A stretch of DNA of 64,000 nucleotides, taken from positions 23,286 to 87,285 of the forward strand of contig SKGQ01000037.1 of the NCBI GenBank assembly GCA_007117515.1, given 5' to 3'. Of the stretch, positions 42,449 through 53,435 are shown piece after piece. Source of the stretch: Ectothiorhodospiraceae bacterium. GTDB taxonomy: Bacteria > Pseudomonadota > Gammaproteobacteria > Nitrococcales > Aquisalimonadaceae. The notes beneath the pieces are model-generated. The model worked only from the letters and a program-made list of their open reading frames with translations, searched no databases and had not been told where the DNA came from. The stretch's first letter is position 1; each line of letters begins with the position of its first letter. Made by a program: the position numbers and the translations under genes.

Positions 42449-42694
42449 GGTATCTTTCAGCTGTCGAGTGTGTCTGATCGGACTAGTCAATCAGGGCGCG
42501 GTTCACAGTATAACGCGGTCAGGCCGGCTACATTAGATAAACACCAATGGTTTCGGCAAAATGCGGACTCTTACTCAGACGCAGCAGTGACTCGGTGTTC
42601 CCTTAGACAAAACAACGGAAAACCAGCGGATTCCCGGGCACGCCTTCAATGATGCGCCTCTGCGGAACCCAGGGCGAAGAACAGGACGCATCTC

Positions 42695-43732
42695 ATGCCA
42701 GCCAGCAAAACGCATGTTTGGACCATCAGTCTGCTGCTCGCCATGTTCGTGTTCGGCGGGACACAACTTGGGGCAACGGACGGAGTACGCAGCGATCACC
42801 CTCAGGAATACACGGTGCAGAGAGGCGACACGCTGTGGGATATAGCAGGACGGTTCCTGACCCGGCCCTGGCTCTGGCCCGAAATCTGGCAGGTCAATCC
42901 CGAGATTCGCAATCCGCACCTCATATATCCCGGTGACGTGATCAGCCTGGTCTACGTCGACGGCGAGCCCCGGTTGCGGCTCGATCGCGGCGAACGCGAA
43001 GTCCGTTTATCACCCGGCATACGCGAGGAACAGCTGGATGAAGCGATAAGCACCATCCCGCTGAGCGCGATCCGGCCTTTCCTCAACCGCAGTCACGTGG
43101 TCGATGACGCCTTCTTTGATGAGGCGCCCTACATCATTGCAGGCGAGGATGAGCGGGTAATGGCCAGCGCCGGCGACCGCATCTACATCCGCCGCCTGGC
43201 CGAGGATGCACCGGTGGATTACGCGGTGGTGCGTCGCGGCAACCCGTATATCGACCCGGACACCGGAGAGTTGCTGGGGATCGCAGCGACCTACGTCGGT
43301 GACGCGCGTCTGCGGCGCGACGGCGACCCGGCCACCGGCGTGGTCCGCTCCAGCAACCGCGAGGTGCTGCCCGGCGACATGCTGCTGGAAACGCCCCCGG
43401 AGGCCGCACGCATGCAGTTCGTCCCGCGGGCCCCGGACGAGGAAGTCGAAGGCCGCATCATCGACGTCATGGACGGCGTCAGCCAGATCGGCCAGTTCGA
43501 CGTCGTGGTGCTGAACCTGGGCAAGGAACAGGGATTGCAGGACGGTGACGTGCTGGCGATGTTCCGGGCAGGCCGCGAGATCTCCGATCCGGTTAGCAGG
43601 GAACGGGTGAGACTGCCCGAGGAGCGGGCCGGGGAGCTGATCGTGTTCCGCACCTTCGACAAGCTGAGCTTCGGTCTGGTCATGCGCGCCTCACGTCACA
43701 TGGAAGTTCTCGACGTGGTCCGCAACCCATAG
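42695..43732 (+). CDS. LysM peptidoglycan-binding protein
   Basis: YTVQRGDTLWDIA, NPHLIYPGD; conserved position divergent from def. Confidence 0.9.
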   Translation: MPASKTHVWTISLLLAMFVFGGTQLGATDGVRSDHPQEYTVQRGDTLWDIAGRFLTRPWLWPEIWQVNPEIRNPHLIYPGDVISLVYVDGEPRLRLDRGEREVRLSPGIREEQLDEAISTIPLSAIRPFLNRSHVVDDAFFDEAPYIIAGEDERVMASAGDRIYIRRLAEDAPVDYAVVRRGNPYIDPDTGELLGIAATYVGDARLRRDGDPATGVVRSSNREVLPGDMLLETPPEAARMQFVPRAPDEEVEGRIIDVMDGVSQIGQFDVVVLNLGKEQGLQDGDVLAMFRAGREISDPVSRERVRLPEERAGELIVFRTFDKLSFGLVMRASRHMEVLDVVRNP

Positions 43733-43819
43733 GAAAACGCGGATTTCCCTGCGTGCCTCGCTGGCGACGACAACACCGACCGGCAACTCCGCACCATGGC
43801 CCACCAGGGACGGTGATCC

Positions 43820-44950
43820 ATGAATGAACAGGAAGCACATATTGCACTGAGCCTGAGCAATGGCCTCGGTCCGCAACGCTACGCCGACCTCCTGGCGCGG
43901 CTGGGTTCGGCAAAGGCCGTTGTCGAGGCGGACCACGCGACACTGTGCGATGCCGGTCTGTCGACGCGCGCCATCGACGGCCTCAGGGCGGTCGACCAGA
44001 AGGCCATCGAAGGGGTTCTGAGCTGGGCAGACGGTGAGCAGCGCCATCTCCTGACACCGGCGGATGAGGACTATCCGGCACTGCTGCATGACCTCCCGGA
44101 TGCTCCATTCCTGCTCTATGTCCGGGGCGATCCGATCGCCCTGCAGACACCGCAAATCGCCATTATCGGCAGCCGCAACCCGACCAGCGGCGGGTTGCAT
44201 AATGCCGGGCAGTTCGCGCGCCATCTGGCGGCCGGTGGGCTGACCGTAACCAGCGGACTGGCGCTTGGCGTCGACAGCGCTGCCCACGCCGGGGCACTGG
44301 CGGTTTCCGGGCGCACGGTGGCGGTCACCGGCACTGGTCCGGATCGGGTTTACCCGGCGAGCAATCGACAGCTGGCCGGGGACATTCTCGAGTCGGGCGG
44401 CGCCATCGTCACCGAGTTCCCCCCCGGAACGCCGGCCCGACCTGGTCACTTTCCGCGGCGCAATCGCCTGATCAGCGGGTTGTCCGCCGGCACCCTGGTG
44501 GTCGAGGCAGGAATTCGCAGTGGCTCACTGATCACCGCACGGCTGGCGCTGGAACAGGGTCGCGAGGTGTTCGCGATTCCCGGTTCGATTCACAACCCTC
44601 TGGCTCGCGGCTGTCATTCCCTGATTCGCGACGGCGCCGCGAAACTGGTGGAAACGGCGGCGGACATCATGGATGAGTTGCCGGCACTGCTGGGGATGGG
44701 CCTGACCGAAAAGGCAGACACGGCCACCAGCGAGAGCGCGGGAACAGCTGCCACGGGCGCCGATCCCGAGCACGCGAAGGTGCTTGATGCGCTCGGCCAT
44801 GACCCTGTTCCGATGGACATTTTGTTGCAGCGCACCGGATTGACGGCTGCAGAGCTTTCCTCCATCCTGCTGATACTTGAACTGCAGGGCCGTGTGACTT
44901 CCATGCCGGGTGGGCGATATGCACGGGTCTGGCACGAGGGCCTGAAATGA
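43820..44950 (+). CDS. dprA: DNA-processing protein DprA
   Basis: AIIGSRN, SGLALGVD, FPRRNRLISGL, SGSLITA. Confidence 0.96.
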   Translation: MNEQEAHIALSLSNGLGPQRYADLLARLGSAKAVVEADHATLCDAGLSTRAIDGLRAVDQKAIEGVLSWADGEQRHLLTPADEDYPALLHDLPDAPFLLYVRGDPIALQTPQIAIIGSRNPTSGGLHNAGQFARHLAAGGLTVTSGLALGVDSAAHAGALAVSGRTVAVTGTGPDRVYPASNRQLAGDILESGGAIVTEFPPGTPARPGHFPRRNRLISGLSAGTLVVEAGIRSGSLITARLALEQGREVFAIPGSIHNPLARGCHSLIRDGAAKLVETAADIMDELPALLGMGLTEKADTATSESAGTAATGADPEHAKVLDALGHDPVPMDILLQRTGLTAAELSSILLILELQGRVTSMPGGRYARVWHEGLK

Positions 44951-45420
44951 ATGAGAACGTGTTCGACGTCCTGATGTATCTGTTCGAGAACTACCTCTAC
45001 GACGACGAACCACAGCCCGATCGGGAATCGCTGGAATCCGAACTGTTCGAGGCCGGTTTTCAGCAAATGGAAGTCCGCAAGGCCTTTGACTGGCTGGACG
45101 GTCTGGCGGCCTGTCGTGATCTTCCCGCCGGTGCCGTGGACGAGTGTCGCGCGATCCGCCTCTACACCGATGCGGAAACGGCTCGCCTGGATACGGAGAG
45201 CCGCGGGTTTCTCATGTTTCTTGAACAGATCGGTGTTCTCACCGTGACCAGTCGCGAAGTCATCATTGACCGGCTGATGGCGCTTGAGGACGAGGAAACC
45301 GATATTGATCTGGTGAAGTGGGTCACCTTGATGGTGCTCTACAATCAGCCTGGTCAGGAAGAGGCTTTCGCCTGGATGGAGAGTCTGCTGTTCGAAAATC
45401 CCGTTCATCTGGTCCACTGA
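44947..45420 (+). CDS. smg: Smg / DUF494 protein
   Basis: FDVLMYLFENY, KWVTLMVLYNQPG. Confidence 0.9.
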   Translation: MNENVFDVLMYLFENYLYDDEPQPDRESLESELFEAGFQQMEVRKAFDWLDGLAACRDLPAGAVDECRAIRLYTDAETARLDTESRGFLMFLEQIGVLTVTSREVIIDRLMALEDEETDIDLVKWVTLMVLYNQPGQEEAFAWMESLLFENPVHLVH

Positions 45421-45589
45421 ACCCGGCCCGGACCCTCGCTGTCTACTTCGCGACCGCTGGAATGCGGCTCGCGGCTATTCCGGTCACCGCCGCCCATCGC
45501 ATCGTCGCGATGGGCCAAGCGCCTGCGATTGGGTATGCCCAGACCGCATCGCGCCATTCCGCCGACCTGCTCCCAGAGCCGATGGAGTT

Positions 45590-47920
45590 ATGAGCAAAAA
45601 CCTCGTCATCGTCGAGTCACCGGCCAAGGCCAAGACTATCAACAAGTACCTGGGCAAGGACTTCAAGGTCCTGGCCTCGTACGGCCATGTGCGTGACCTG
45701 GTGCCGAAGGAAGGCGCCGTGGATACGGAAAACGACTTCGCGATGCGCTACTCGATCATCGAGCGCAACAAGAAACACGTGGATACCATCAGCAAGGCCC
45801 TGAAAGATGCCGACACCCTGATGCTCGCCACTGACCCCGATCGCGAAGGCGAGGCCATCTCCTGGCATCTCTACGAGCTGCTGGCAGAGAAAGGGCAGCT
45901 CAAGGATAAGGAGGTCAAGCGCGTGGTCTTTCACGAGATCACCGAGCGGGCAATCCGGGAAGCAATAGACAAGGCCCGTGACCTGTCCATGGACCTGGTC
46001 AACGCGCAGCAGGCACGACGGGCACTGGACTATCTGGTGGGTTTCAATCTGTCACCGCTGCTCTGGCGCAAGATCCATAGCGGCCTGTCCGCCGGCCGCG
46101 TGCAGTCTCCGGCGCTGCGCATGATCTGCGAGCGGGAAGCCGAAATCGAGGCGTTCGAACCGCAGGAATACTGGACCATCGAGTCCGACCTGGAAAAGCG
46201 GGAACAGCCATTCCAGGCAAAGCTCACCCGCTTTGCCGACGAAAAGGTCGAGCAGTTCACCGTCAATAACGCCGAACGCGCCGAGGAAATCGAGCAGGCC
46301 CTGACCACCGCCGGCCAGGATGGCCTGAAGGTCCTCAAGGTCGAACGCAAGCAGCGCCGGCGTAACCCGGCAGCGCCGTTCACCACCTCGACCCTGCAAC
46401 AGGAGGCCTCGCGCAAGCTTGGTTTTGGCGCCCAGCGCACCATGCGGGTCGCCCAGCAGCTGTATGAAGGGATCGACATCGGCGGCGAGACGGTTGGCCT
46501 GATCAGCTACATGCGTACCGACTCGGTGAGTCTGGCGCGTGAAGCGGTGGACGAGCTGCGCCAGGTGATCGACGAGCGCTTCGGCAAGGACAAGCTGCCG
46601 GACAGCCCGAACGTCTACCGGACCAAGGCGAAGAACGCGCAGGAGGCCCATGAGGCTATCCGCCCCACCTCGGCCGGCCGCCATCCCGAGGAGATGGGCA
46701 AGCGCCTGTCCGATGACCAGCGCCGCCTGTACGAATTGATCTGGAAGCGCGCGGTAGCGAGCCAGATGCTGCACGCGACCATCAACACCGTCGGTGTCGA
46801 TCTCGGTTGCGGCGAAGGCAATGTGTTTCGGGCCACCGGTTCGACCATTGCCGACCCGGGTTTCATGGCCGTCTACCAGGAAGGTGTCGACGACGCCAAG
46901 GCCGACAACAACGACCGCATCCTGCCGCCGATGGAAGAAGGCGAGACGGTCAAGCTGCTGAAAATCCGGCCGGAGCAGCACTTCACCGAACCGCCGCCCC
47001 GCTACAGCGAAGCGAGTCTGGTGCGGACGCTGGAAGACTACGGCATCGGCCGGCCCTCCACTTACGCCAGCATCATCTCGACCCTGCTCAATCGCGAGTA
47101 TGTGGAACTCGACAGCCGCCGTTTCATCCCGACCTCCATCGGCCGGGTAGTGAACAAGTTCCTGACCGATCACTTCACCCGCTATGTGGACTACGACTTC
47201 ACCGCCCGGCTGGAGGACGAACTGGATCAGGTGTCCCTGGGTGAGAAGGACTGGGTGCCGCTGCTGAAGGAGTTCTGGGACCCGTTCAAGGCCCAGGTAG
47301 AAGAGAAAAAGGACATCTCCCGCGAGGAGGTGGTGCAGGCCCGGGAACTGGGGACAGATCCGAAAAGCGGCAAACCGGTGCAGGTCCGGGTCGGCCGTTA
47401 CGGACCCTTCGTGCAGATCGGCACCAAGGATGACGAGGAAAAACCGAAGTTCGCCGGACTGCGCGCCGGCCAGAGCATGGACCACATCAGCCTCGACGAA
47501 GCCCTGGCCCTGTTCGATTTGCCGCGGGATCTGGGGGAGACGGATGATGGCGAAGACATCCAGGCCAATATCGGCCGCTTCGGCCCCTACGTGCGTTTCG
47601 GCAAGAAGTTCGTCTCGATCAAGGGCGACGATGATCCGTACACCATCAGTCGCGAGCGGGCGCTGGAACTGATCGCAGAGAAGAAGCAGGCGGATGCCGA
47701 GCGCACCATCAAGACCTTCGAGGGCACCGATATCCAGGTGCTCAAGGGGCGCTATGGACCCTATATTACCAACGGCAAGAAGAACGCCAAGATTCCGAAG
47801 GACCAGGAGCCCGAAAAGCTGGACCTGGCCACCTGCGAGGAGTTGCTGGCAAAGGCGCCGGAACGCAAGGGCCGCGGCGGGCGCAAGGCACCTGCCAAAC
47901 GCAAGACCGCAAAAAGCTGA
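45590..47920 (+). CDS. topA: DNA topoisomerase I
   Basis: LVIVESPAKAKTI, ATDPDREGE, SAGRVQS, LISYMRTDS (catalytic Tyr). Confidence 0.97.
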   Translation: MSKNLVIVESPAKAKTINKYLGKDFKVLASYGHVRDLVPKEGAVDTENDFAMRYSIIERNKKHVDTISKALKDADTLMLATDPDREGEAISWHLYELLAEKGQLKDKEVKRVVFHEITERAIREAIDKARDLSMDLVNAQQARRALDYLVGFNLSPLLWRKIHSGLSAGRVQSPALRMICEREAEIEAFEPQEYWTIESDLEKREQPFQAKLTRFADEKVEQFTVNNAERAEEIEQALTTAGQDGLKVLKVERKQRRRNPAAPFTTSTLQQEASRKLGFGAQRTMRVAQQLYEGIDIGGETVGLISYMRTDSVSLAREAVDELRQVIDERFGKDKLPDSPNVYRTKAKNAQEAHEAIRPTSAGRHPEEMGKRLSDDQRRLYELIWKRAVASQMLHATINTVGVDLGCGEGNVFRATGSTIADPGFMAVYQEGVDDAKADNNDRILPPMEEGETVKLLKIRPEQHFTEPPPRYSEASLVRTLEDYGIGRPSTYASIISTLLNREYVELDSRRFIPTSIGRVVNKFLTDHFTRYVDYDFTARLEDELDQVSLGEKDWVPLLKEFWDPFKAQVEEKKDISREEVVQARELGTDPKSGKPVQVRVGRYGPFVQIGTKDDEEKPKFAGLRAGQSMDHISLDEALALFDLPRDLGETDDGEDIQANIGRFGPYVRFGKKFVSIKGDDDPYTISRERALELIAEKKQADAERTIKTFEGTDIQVLKGRYGPYITNGKKNAKIPKDQEPEKLDLATCEELLAKAPERKGRGGRKAPAKRKTAKS

Positions 47921-47922
47921 CA

Positions 47923-48486
47923 ATGGCTGCAACGGCCTCACATCGTCTGGCAAGGGCCTGCCGCGCAGTCAATCGCGGCGGCCTCGTCGCATACCCCACC
48001 GAGTCGGTGTTCGGCCTCGGCTGCAATCCCTATAACGCCTCCGCCGTTGCGCGTCTGCTCCAGGTCAAGCGACGCCCGGTGGCCAAGGGGCTGATCATCC
48101 TCGCCAGTCATTTCGAGCAACTCGACCCCTTGCTGGCCCCGCTGCCGGCGGCCATGGAATCCACCATTCTCGATAGCTGGCCTGGCCCGGTGACCTGGGT
48201 CCTGCCGGTGCATGAGCGAACCCCGCTGCTGCTTACCGGTGGCCGCAGTACCCTTGCCGTCCGCGTTACCGCCCATCCCCTTGCTGCCGCCCTATGTGAG
48301 GCTTGCGGGCCGCTGGTCTCCACCAGCGCCAACCGCAGTGGAAACCGCCCGGCGCGCACGGCGCTACAGGCCCGTCTCAGGCTTGGCACCGACGTCGACG
48401 CAATACTTGCCGGCCAGGTCGGCGACAGCCCGAACCCGACCGAAATCCGCGATGGCCGCACCGGCGAAGTACTGCGCGCTGGCTAG
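47923..48486 (+). CDS. tsaC: L-threonylcarbamoyladenylate synthase (TsaC/YrdC)
   Basis: AYPTESVFGLGC, STSANRSG. Confidence 0.93.
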   Translation: MAATASHRLARACRAVNRGGLVAYPTESVFGLGCNPYNASAVARLLQVKRRPVAKGLIILASHFEQLDPLLAPLPAAMESTILDSWPGPVTWVLPVHERTPLLLTGGRSTLAVRVTAHPLAAALCEACGPLVSTSANRSGNRPARTALQARLRLGTDVDAILAGQVGDSPNPTEIRDGRTGEVLRAG

Positions 48487-48625
48487 CAAAGCCGCGGACG
48501 CCACCCGTCGGAATCATCCCGGCCCTCGGTCAACGCCGGTTGAAGCCTTGGCGATTTATTCCAGCGACTGCCCTCGGGCATACTCGGCGCCTGGCGTTGG
48601 GCGGGATGCAGGCACTGCATTGCGC

Positions 48626-48731
48626 GGGCAGGCGGAGGCCTCTACGGAGGAACGACGGCCGCAGGGATGCGGCCGTCGAGCCCCCAGGGACGGGTTTATG
48701 GCGTTTCCGGAGTCGAGGCCTCCGCCTGCCC
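48626..48731 (+). repeat. REP/MITE-like nested palindrome, copy 1
   Basis: Perfect 17-bp inverted repeat (48626-48642 / 48715-48731) enclosing a 10-bp hairpin with loop AGGGAT. Confidence 0.75.
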
Positions 48732-48747
48732 CAACCCCAACAGCTGA

Positions 48748-49695
<948 letters not shown>

Positions 49696-49775
49696 GGTAG
49701 CGACAAGCGGGCGCCGTCGCGCGACGCGATCCGTGTAGACTCCATTTCAGGTAAAACCGCCTCGGGACAAGACCC

Positions 49776-50417
49776 ATGGACAAGACTGCAATGCGTTTCG
49801 TCGGCACCACCTTTCTGAAAGGACTGGTTGCCGTCCTGCCCATAATCGTCACGATCTACCTGATCATCTGGCTGGCCACGCTGCTGGAATCGGTGATCGG
49901 CGGCATGGTGTCCTGGCTGCTTCCATTCTACTTTCCCGGTCTCGGACTGTTGCTCGCCATTGGCGGCATCTTCGTCGTCGGCATCCTGCTCAATGCCTGG
50001 CTGGTGCGGGCTGTCTTCGAATTGGGCGAACGCATCCTGCACCGCATTCCCCTGGTGAAGACGGTATACGGCGCGGTGCAGGACCTGATGGGATTCTTCT
50101 CCCGTAGTGGCGACACACAGGCCAGCCAGGTGGTCATGGTGCATGTGGAAATCGCCGGCGTACCGGCCCGCATCATTGGCGTGGTCACGCGGGAGGACTT
50201 CGAAGGCCTGCCGGACGGCCTGGGCCTGCCGGACCACATCGCCGTCTACCTGCCGATGAGCTACCAGATCGGCGGTTATACCGTGGTCCTGCCACGGGAC
50301 AAGGTTACGCCGGTGGACATGAGTATCGATCAGGCCATGCGCTACGCCGTGACCGCAGGCATGTCGGTGACCTCGGCCGGCCGCGGACCGATTGATTCCC
50401 CTGCGGAACAAGGCTAA
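49776..50417 (+). CDS. DUF502 domain membrane protein
   Basis: FLKGLVAVLPI, RIPLVKTVY, VYLPMSYQIGG. Confidence 0.85.
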   Translation: MDKTAMRFVGTTFLKGLVAVLPIIVTIYLIIWLATLLESVIGGMVSWLLPFYFPGLGLLLAIGGIFVVGILLNAWLVRAVFELGERILHRIPLVKTVYGAVQDLMGFFSRSGDTQASQVVMVHVEIAGVPARIIGVVTREDFEGLPDGLGLPDHIAVYLPMSYQIGGYTVVLPRDKVTPVDMSIDQAMRYAVTAGMSVTSAGRGPIDSPAEQG

Positions 50418-50697
50418 GTCCCGCCCAGGGGCGGTCATTATCTGGTAATGCCGTGGCACCGCACCTACCATGAAATCAACGGAAGTAGAGGGGACACCGT
50501 CCCGACCTTGCCGACGGCAGTGACCAATAACAAGACGAATGGCTGGCACGTGGCGCTGATCCCGCGCCAGCCTTGAAGCCAACTGCGGCACCCAGACAAT
50601 CCAGGAACCGGCCCACAAGGCTGCCTGCCCTGACTCATCCAAAGACCTTGGTGAGTCATGATTCTCCGGTGTCGCAGACAACCCAAGAGGTGATGCG

Positions 50698-53358
50698 ATG
50701 GCTGCAGTACCGGAGGATATCGATCCGCAGGAAACGCAGGAATGGTTGGAGGCCCTGGAGGCCGTCATTGCCAACGAAGGCGCGGAACGCGCCCATTACC
50801 TGCTGGAATCCCTCGTTGACAAGGCTCGCCGCCGCGGCGGCCACATTCCCTTCAAGGCCACCACGGCCTACCTGAATACCATCCCACCGCACATGGAGAA
50901 GCGCTCGCCGGGTGATCATGCCCTGGAATGGCGGCTGCGCTCGTTCATCCGCTGGAACGCGATGGCTATGGTGTTGCAGGCGAACAAGGAACGCGAGGGC
51001 ATCGGCGGTCATATCGCCAGCTTTGCCTCCAGCGCCACGCTCTACGACATCGGCTTCAACCATTTCTGGCATGCGCCCAGCGATGAGCATGGTGGTGACA
51101 TGGTGTTCATCCAGGGGCATTCAGCGCCTGGCATCTACGCCCGCTCCTATCTGGAGGGCCGCCTGACCGACGAGGACATTCGTGGCTTCCGTCAGGATGT
51201 CGGTGGCACCGGTGTCACCTCCTATCCGCATCCCTGGCTGATGCCTGATTACTGGCAATACCCCACAGTGTCCATGGGGCTGGGGCCGATCACTGCGATC
51301 TACCAGGCCCGTTTCATGAAGTACCTGCATGACCGCGGCATCGTCGACACCTCGGGTCGCAAGGTCTGGGCCTTCATGGGCGACGGCGAGATGGATGAAC
51401 CGGAATCCCTCGGTGCCATTGACGTGGCCGCTCGCGAAGGGCTGGACAACCTGGTGTTCGTGGTCAACTGCAATCTGCAGCGACTGGACGGCCCGGTACG
51501 TGGCAATAGCAAGATCATCCAGGAACTCGAAGGCGACTTCCGCGGCGCCGGCTGGAACGTGCTCAAGGTGATCTGGGGCTCGGGCTGGGACAACCTGCTA
51601 GCCAAGGACCGCACCGGCCTGCTGCAGAAGCGCATGGAGGAATGCGTCGATGGCGAGTACCAGAACTTCAAGGCCAAGGGTGGCGCCTACACGCGGGAGC
51701 ACTTTTTCGGCAAGTACCCGGAGTTGAAGGATCTGGTTTCCAACATGTCCGACGACGAGATCTACCGCCTGTCCCGCGGCGGCCATGATCCGCACAAGGT
51801 CTATGCCGCCTATCACGCGGCGGTGAATCACACCGGCCAGCCCACGGTAATCCTGGCCAAGACCGTCAAGGGTTATGGCATGGGTTCCTCGGGCGAGGGC
51901 CAGAATATCACCCACCAGCAGAAAAAGATGGGGCTGGAGGCACTGAAGGAGTTCCGCGACCGCTTCGACATCCCGGTGGCCGACGAGGATCTGGAGAAGA
52001 CCCCGTTCTACAAGCCCGCCGAAGACAGCCCGGAGATGCAATACCTGCGCGAGCGGCGCAAGGCCCTGGGCGGTTACCTGCCGCAGCGGCGGCGCGAGGC
52101 GGAGCCGCTCAAGATCCCCGAGCTGTCGGCCTTAGATCTGCTGCTGAAGGACACCGGCGAGCGCGAGATGTCGACCACGATGGCCTATGTCCGGATCCTG
52201 TCGATCCTGGCGCGGGACAAGAACCTGGCCAAGCACATCGTGCCCATCGTCCCCGACGAGGCCCGCACCTTCGGCATGGAAGGCCTGTTTCGGCAGCTCG
52301 GCATCTATTCCTCGGTGGGCCAGCTCTACACCCCGGAGGACGCCGACCAGTTGATGCTCTACAAGGAGAGCAAGAACGGGCAGATCCTGCAGGAGGGCAT
52401 CAACGAGGCCGGTGCCATGAGTTCCTGGATCGCCGCCGGCACCGCCTATTCGAACCATGGCGTGAACATCATCCCGTTCTACGCCTTCTATTCGATGTTC
52501 GGCTTCCAGCGGATCGGTGATCTGGCCTGGGCCGCCGGCGACATGCGGGCCCGCGGCTTCCTCATGGGCGGCACCGCCGGGCGCACGACGCTGAACGGCG
52601 AAGGGCTGCAGCACCAGGATGGTCACAGCATGCTGCAGGCAGCCATGATCCCCAACTGCATCGCCTACGATCCCACCTTCCCCTACGAGATGGCAGTAGT
52701 GATCCAGGACGGCCTGCGCCGGATGTATCAGGAACAGGAAAACGTCTACTACTACATCACGATGATGAACGAGAACTACGGTCAGCCGGCCATGCCCAAG
52801 GGCGCCGAGGAAGGCATCCGCCGTGGCATGTACCTGTTCAGGGCCGGCGGACGCGGCAAGACCCGCGTCCAGCTTCTGGGCGCGGGCACGATTTTCCGCG
52901 AGGTGATCGCCGCCGCCGAGTTGCTGAAGAAGGACTGGAAGGTGGACGCCGATCTGTGGGGCTGCCCCTCGTTCAACGAACTGCGGCGCGACGGCATGGC
53001 CACGGAGCGCTGGAACATGCTGCATCCGGACAGGAAGCCGAAGACCTGCTGGGTGCAGGATCAGCTCAAGGACCGCAAGGGCCCGGCGGTGGCAGCCACG
53101 GATTACATGCAGGCCTATCCGGACCAGATCCGGCCGTACCTGGGCGAGCGCCGCTTCATGACCCTGGGTACCGACGGCTTCGGTCGTTCGGATACCCGGG
53201 AGCAGCTGCGCAGGTTCTTCGAGGTGGACCGCTACTACGTCACCGTGGCCGCGCTCAAGGCACTGGCCGACGATGGCGAGATCGAAGCGAAAACCGTGTC
53301 CGCGGCAATAAAGAAGTACGGCATCGACCCGGAAAAGCCGCTGCCGACCACGGTCTGA
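50698..53358 (+). CDS. aceE: Pyruvate dehydrogenase E1, homodimeric type
   Basis: DIDPQETQEWL, PTVSMGLG, GDGEMDEPES, GEGLQHQDG. Confidence 0.97.
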   Translation: MAAVPEDIDPQETQEWLEALEAVIANEGAERAHYLLESLVDKARRRGGHIPFKATTAYLNTIPPHMEKRSPGDHALEWRLRSFIRWNAMAMVLQANKEREGIGGHIASFASSATLYDIGFNHFWHAPSDEHGGDMVFIQGHSAPGIYARSYLEGRLTDEDIRGFRQDVGGTGVTSYPHPWLMPDYWQYPTVSMGLGPITAIYQARFMKYLHDRGIVDTSGRKVWAFMGDGEMDEPESLGAIDVAAREGLDNLVFVVNCNLQRLDGPVRGNSKIIQELEGDFRGAGWNVLKVIWGSGWDNLLAKDRTGLLQKRMEECVDGEYQNFKAKGGAYTREHFFGKYPELKDLVSNMSDDEIYRLSRGGHDPHKVYAAYHAAVNHTGQPTVILAKTVKGYGMGSSGEGQNITHQQKKMGLEALKEFRDRFDIPVADEDLEKTPFYKPAEDSPEMQYLRERRKALGGYLPQRRREAEPLKIPELSALDLLLKDTGEREMSTTMAYVRILSILARDKNLAKHIVPIVPDEARTFGMEGLFRQLGIYSSVGQLYTPEDADQLMLYKESKNGQILQEGINEAGAMSSWIAAGTAYSNHGVNIIPFYAFYSMFGFQRIGDLAWAAGDMRARGFLMGGTAGRTTLNGEGLQHQDGHSMLQAAMIPNCIAYDPTFPYEMAVVIQDGLRRMYQEQENVYYYITMMNENYGQPAMPKGAEEGIRRGMYLFRAGGRGKTRVQLLGAGTIFREVIAAAELLKKDWKVDADLWGCPSFNELRRDGMATERWNMLHPDRKPKTCWVQDQLKDRKGPAVAATDYMQAYPDQIRPYLGERRFMTLGTDGFGRSDTREQLRRFFEVDRYYVTVAALKALADDGEIEAKTVSAAIKKYGIDPEKPLPTTV

Positions 53359-53435
53359 AGGACTCGATCCCGATTTCGCGCGGCTTCGGGTGCAGTGACA
53401 CCGCGGTGCCGCGATAACTGCAAGGAACAGGCGTC

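Noticed and set aside
45492-45515. 9-bp hairpin between smg and topA as a third copy of the repeat family
   Set aside because: Lacks the GTCGAGC core and the GGA loop; probably an ordinary hairpin or attenuator.
50432-50453. CGGTCATTA/TAATGCCG inverted repeat as a PdhR operator
   Set aside because: Does not match the AATTGGTnnnACCAATT consensus, and no pdhR gene is adjacent.
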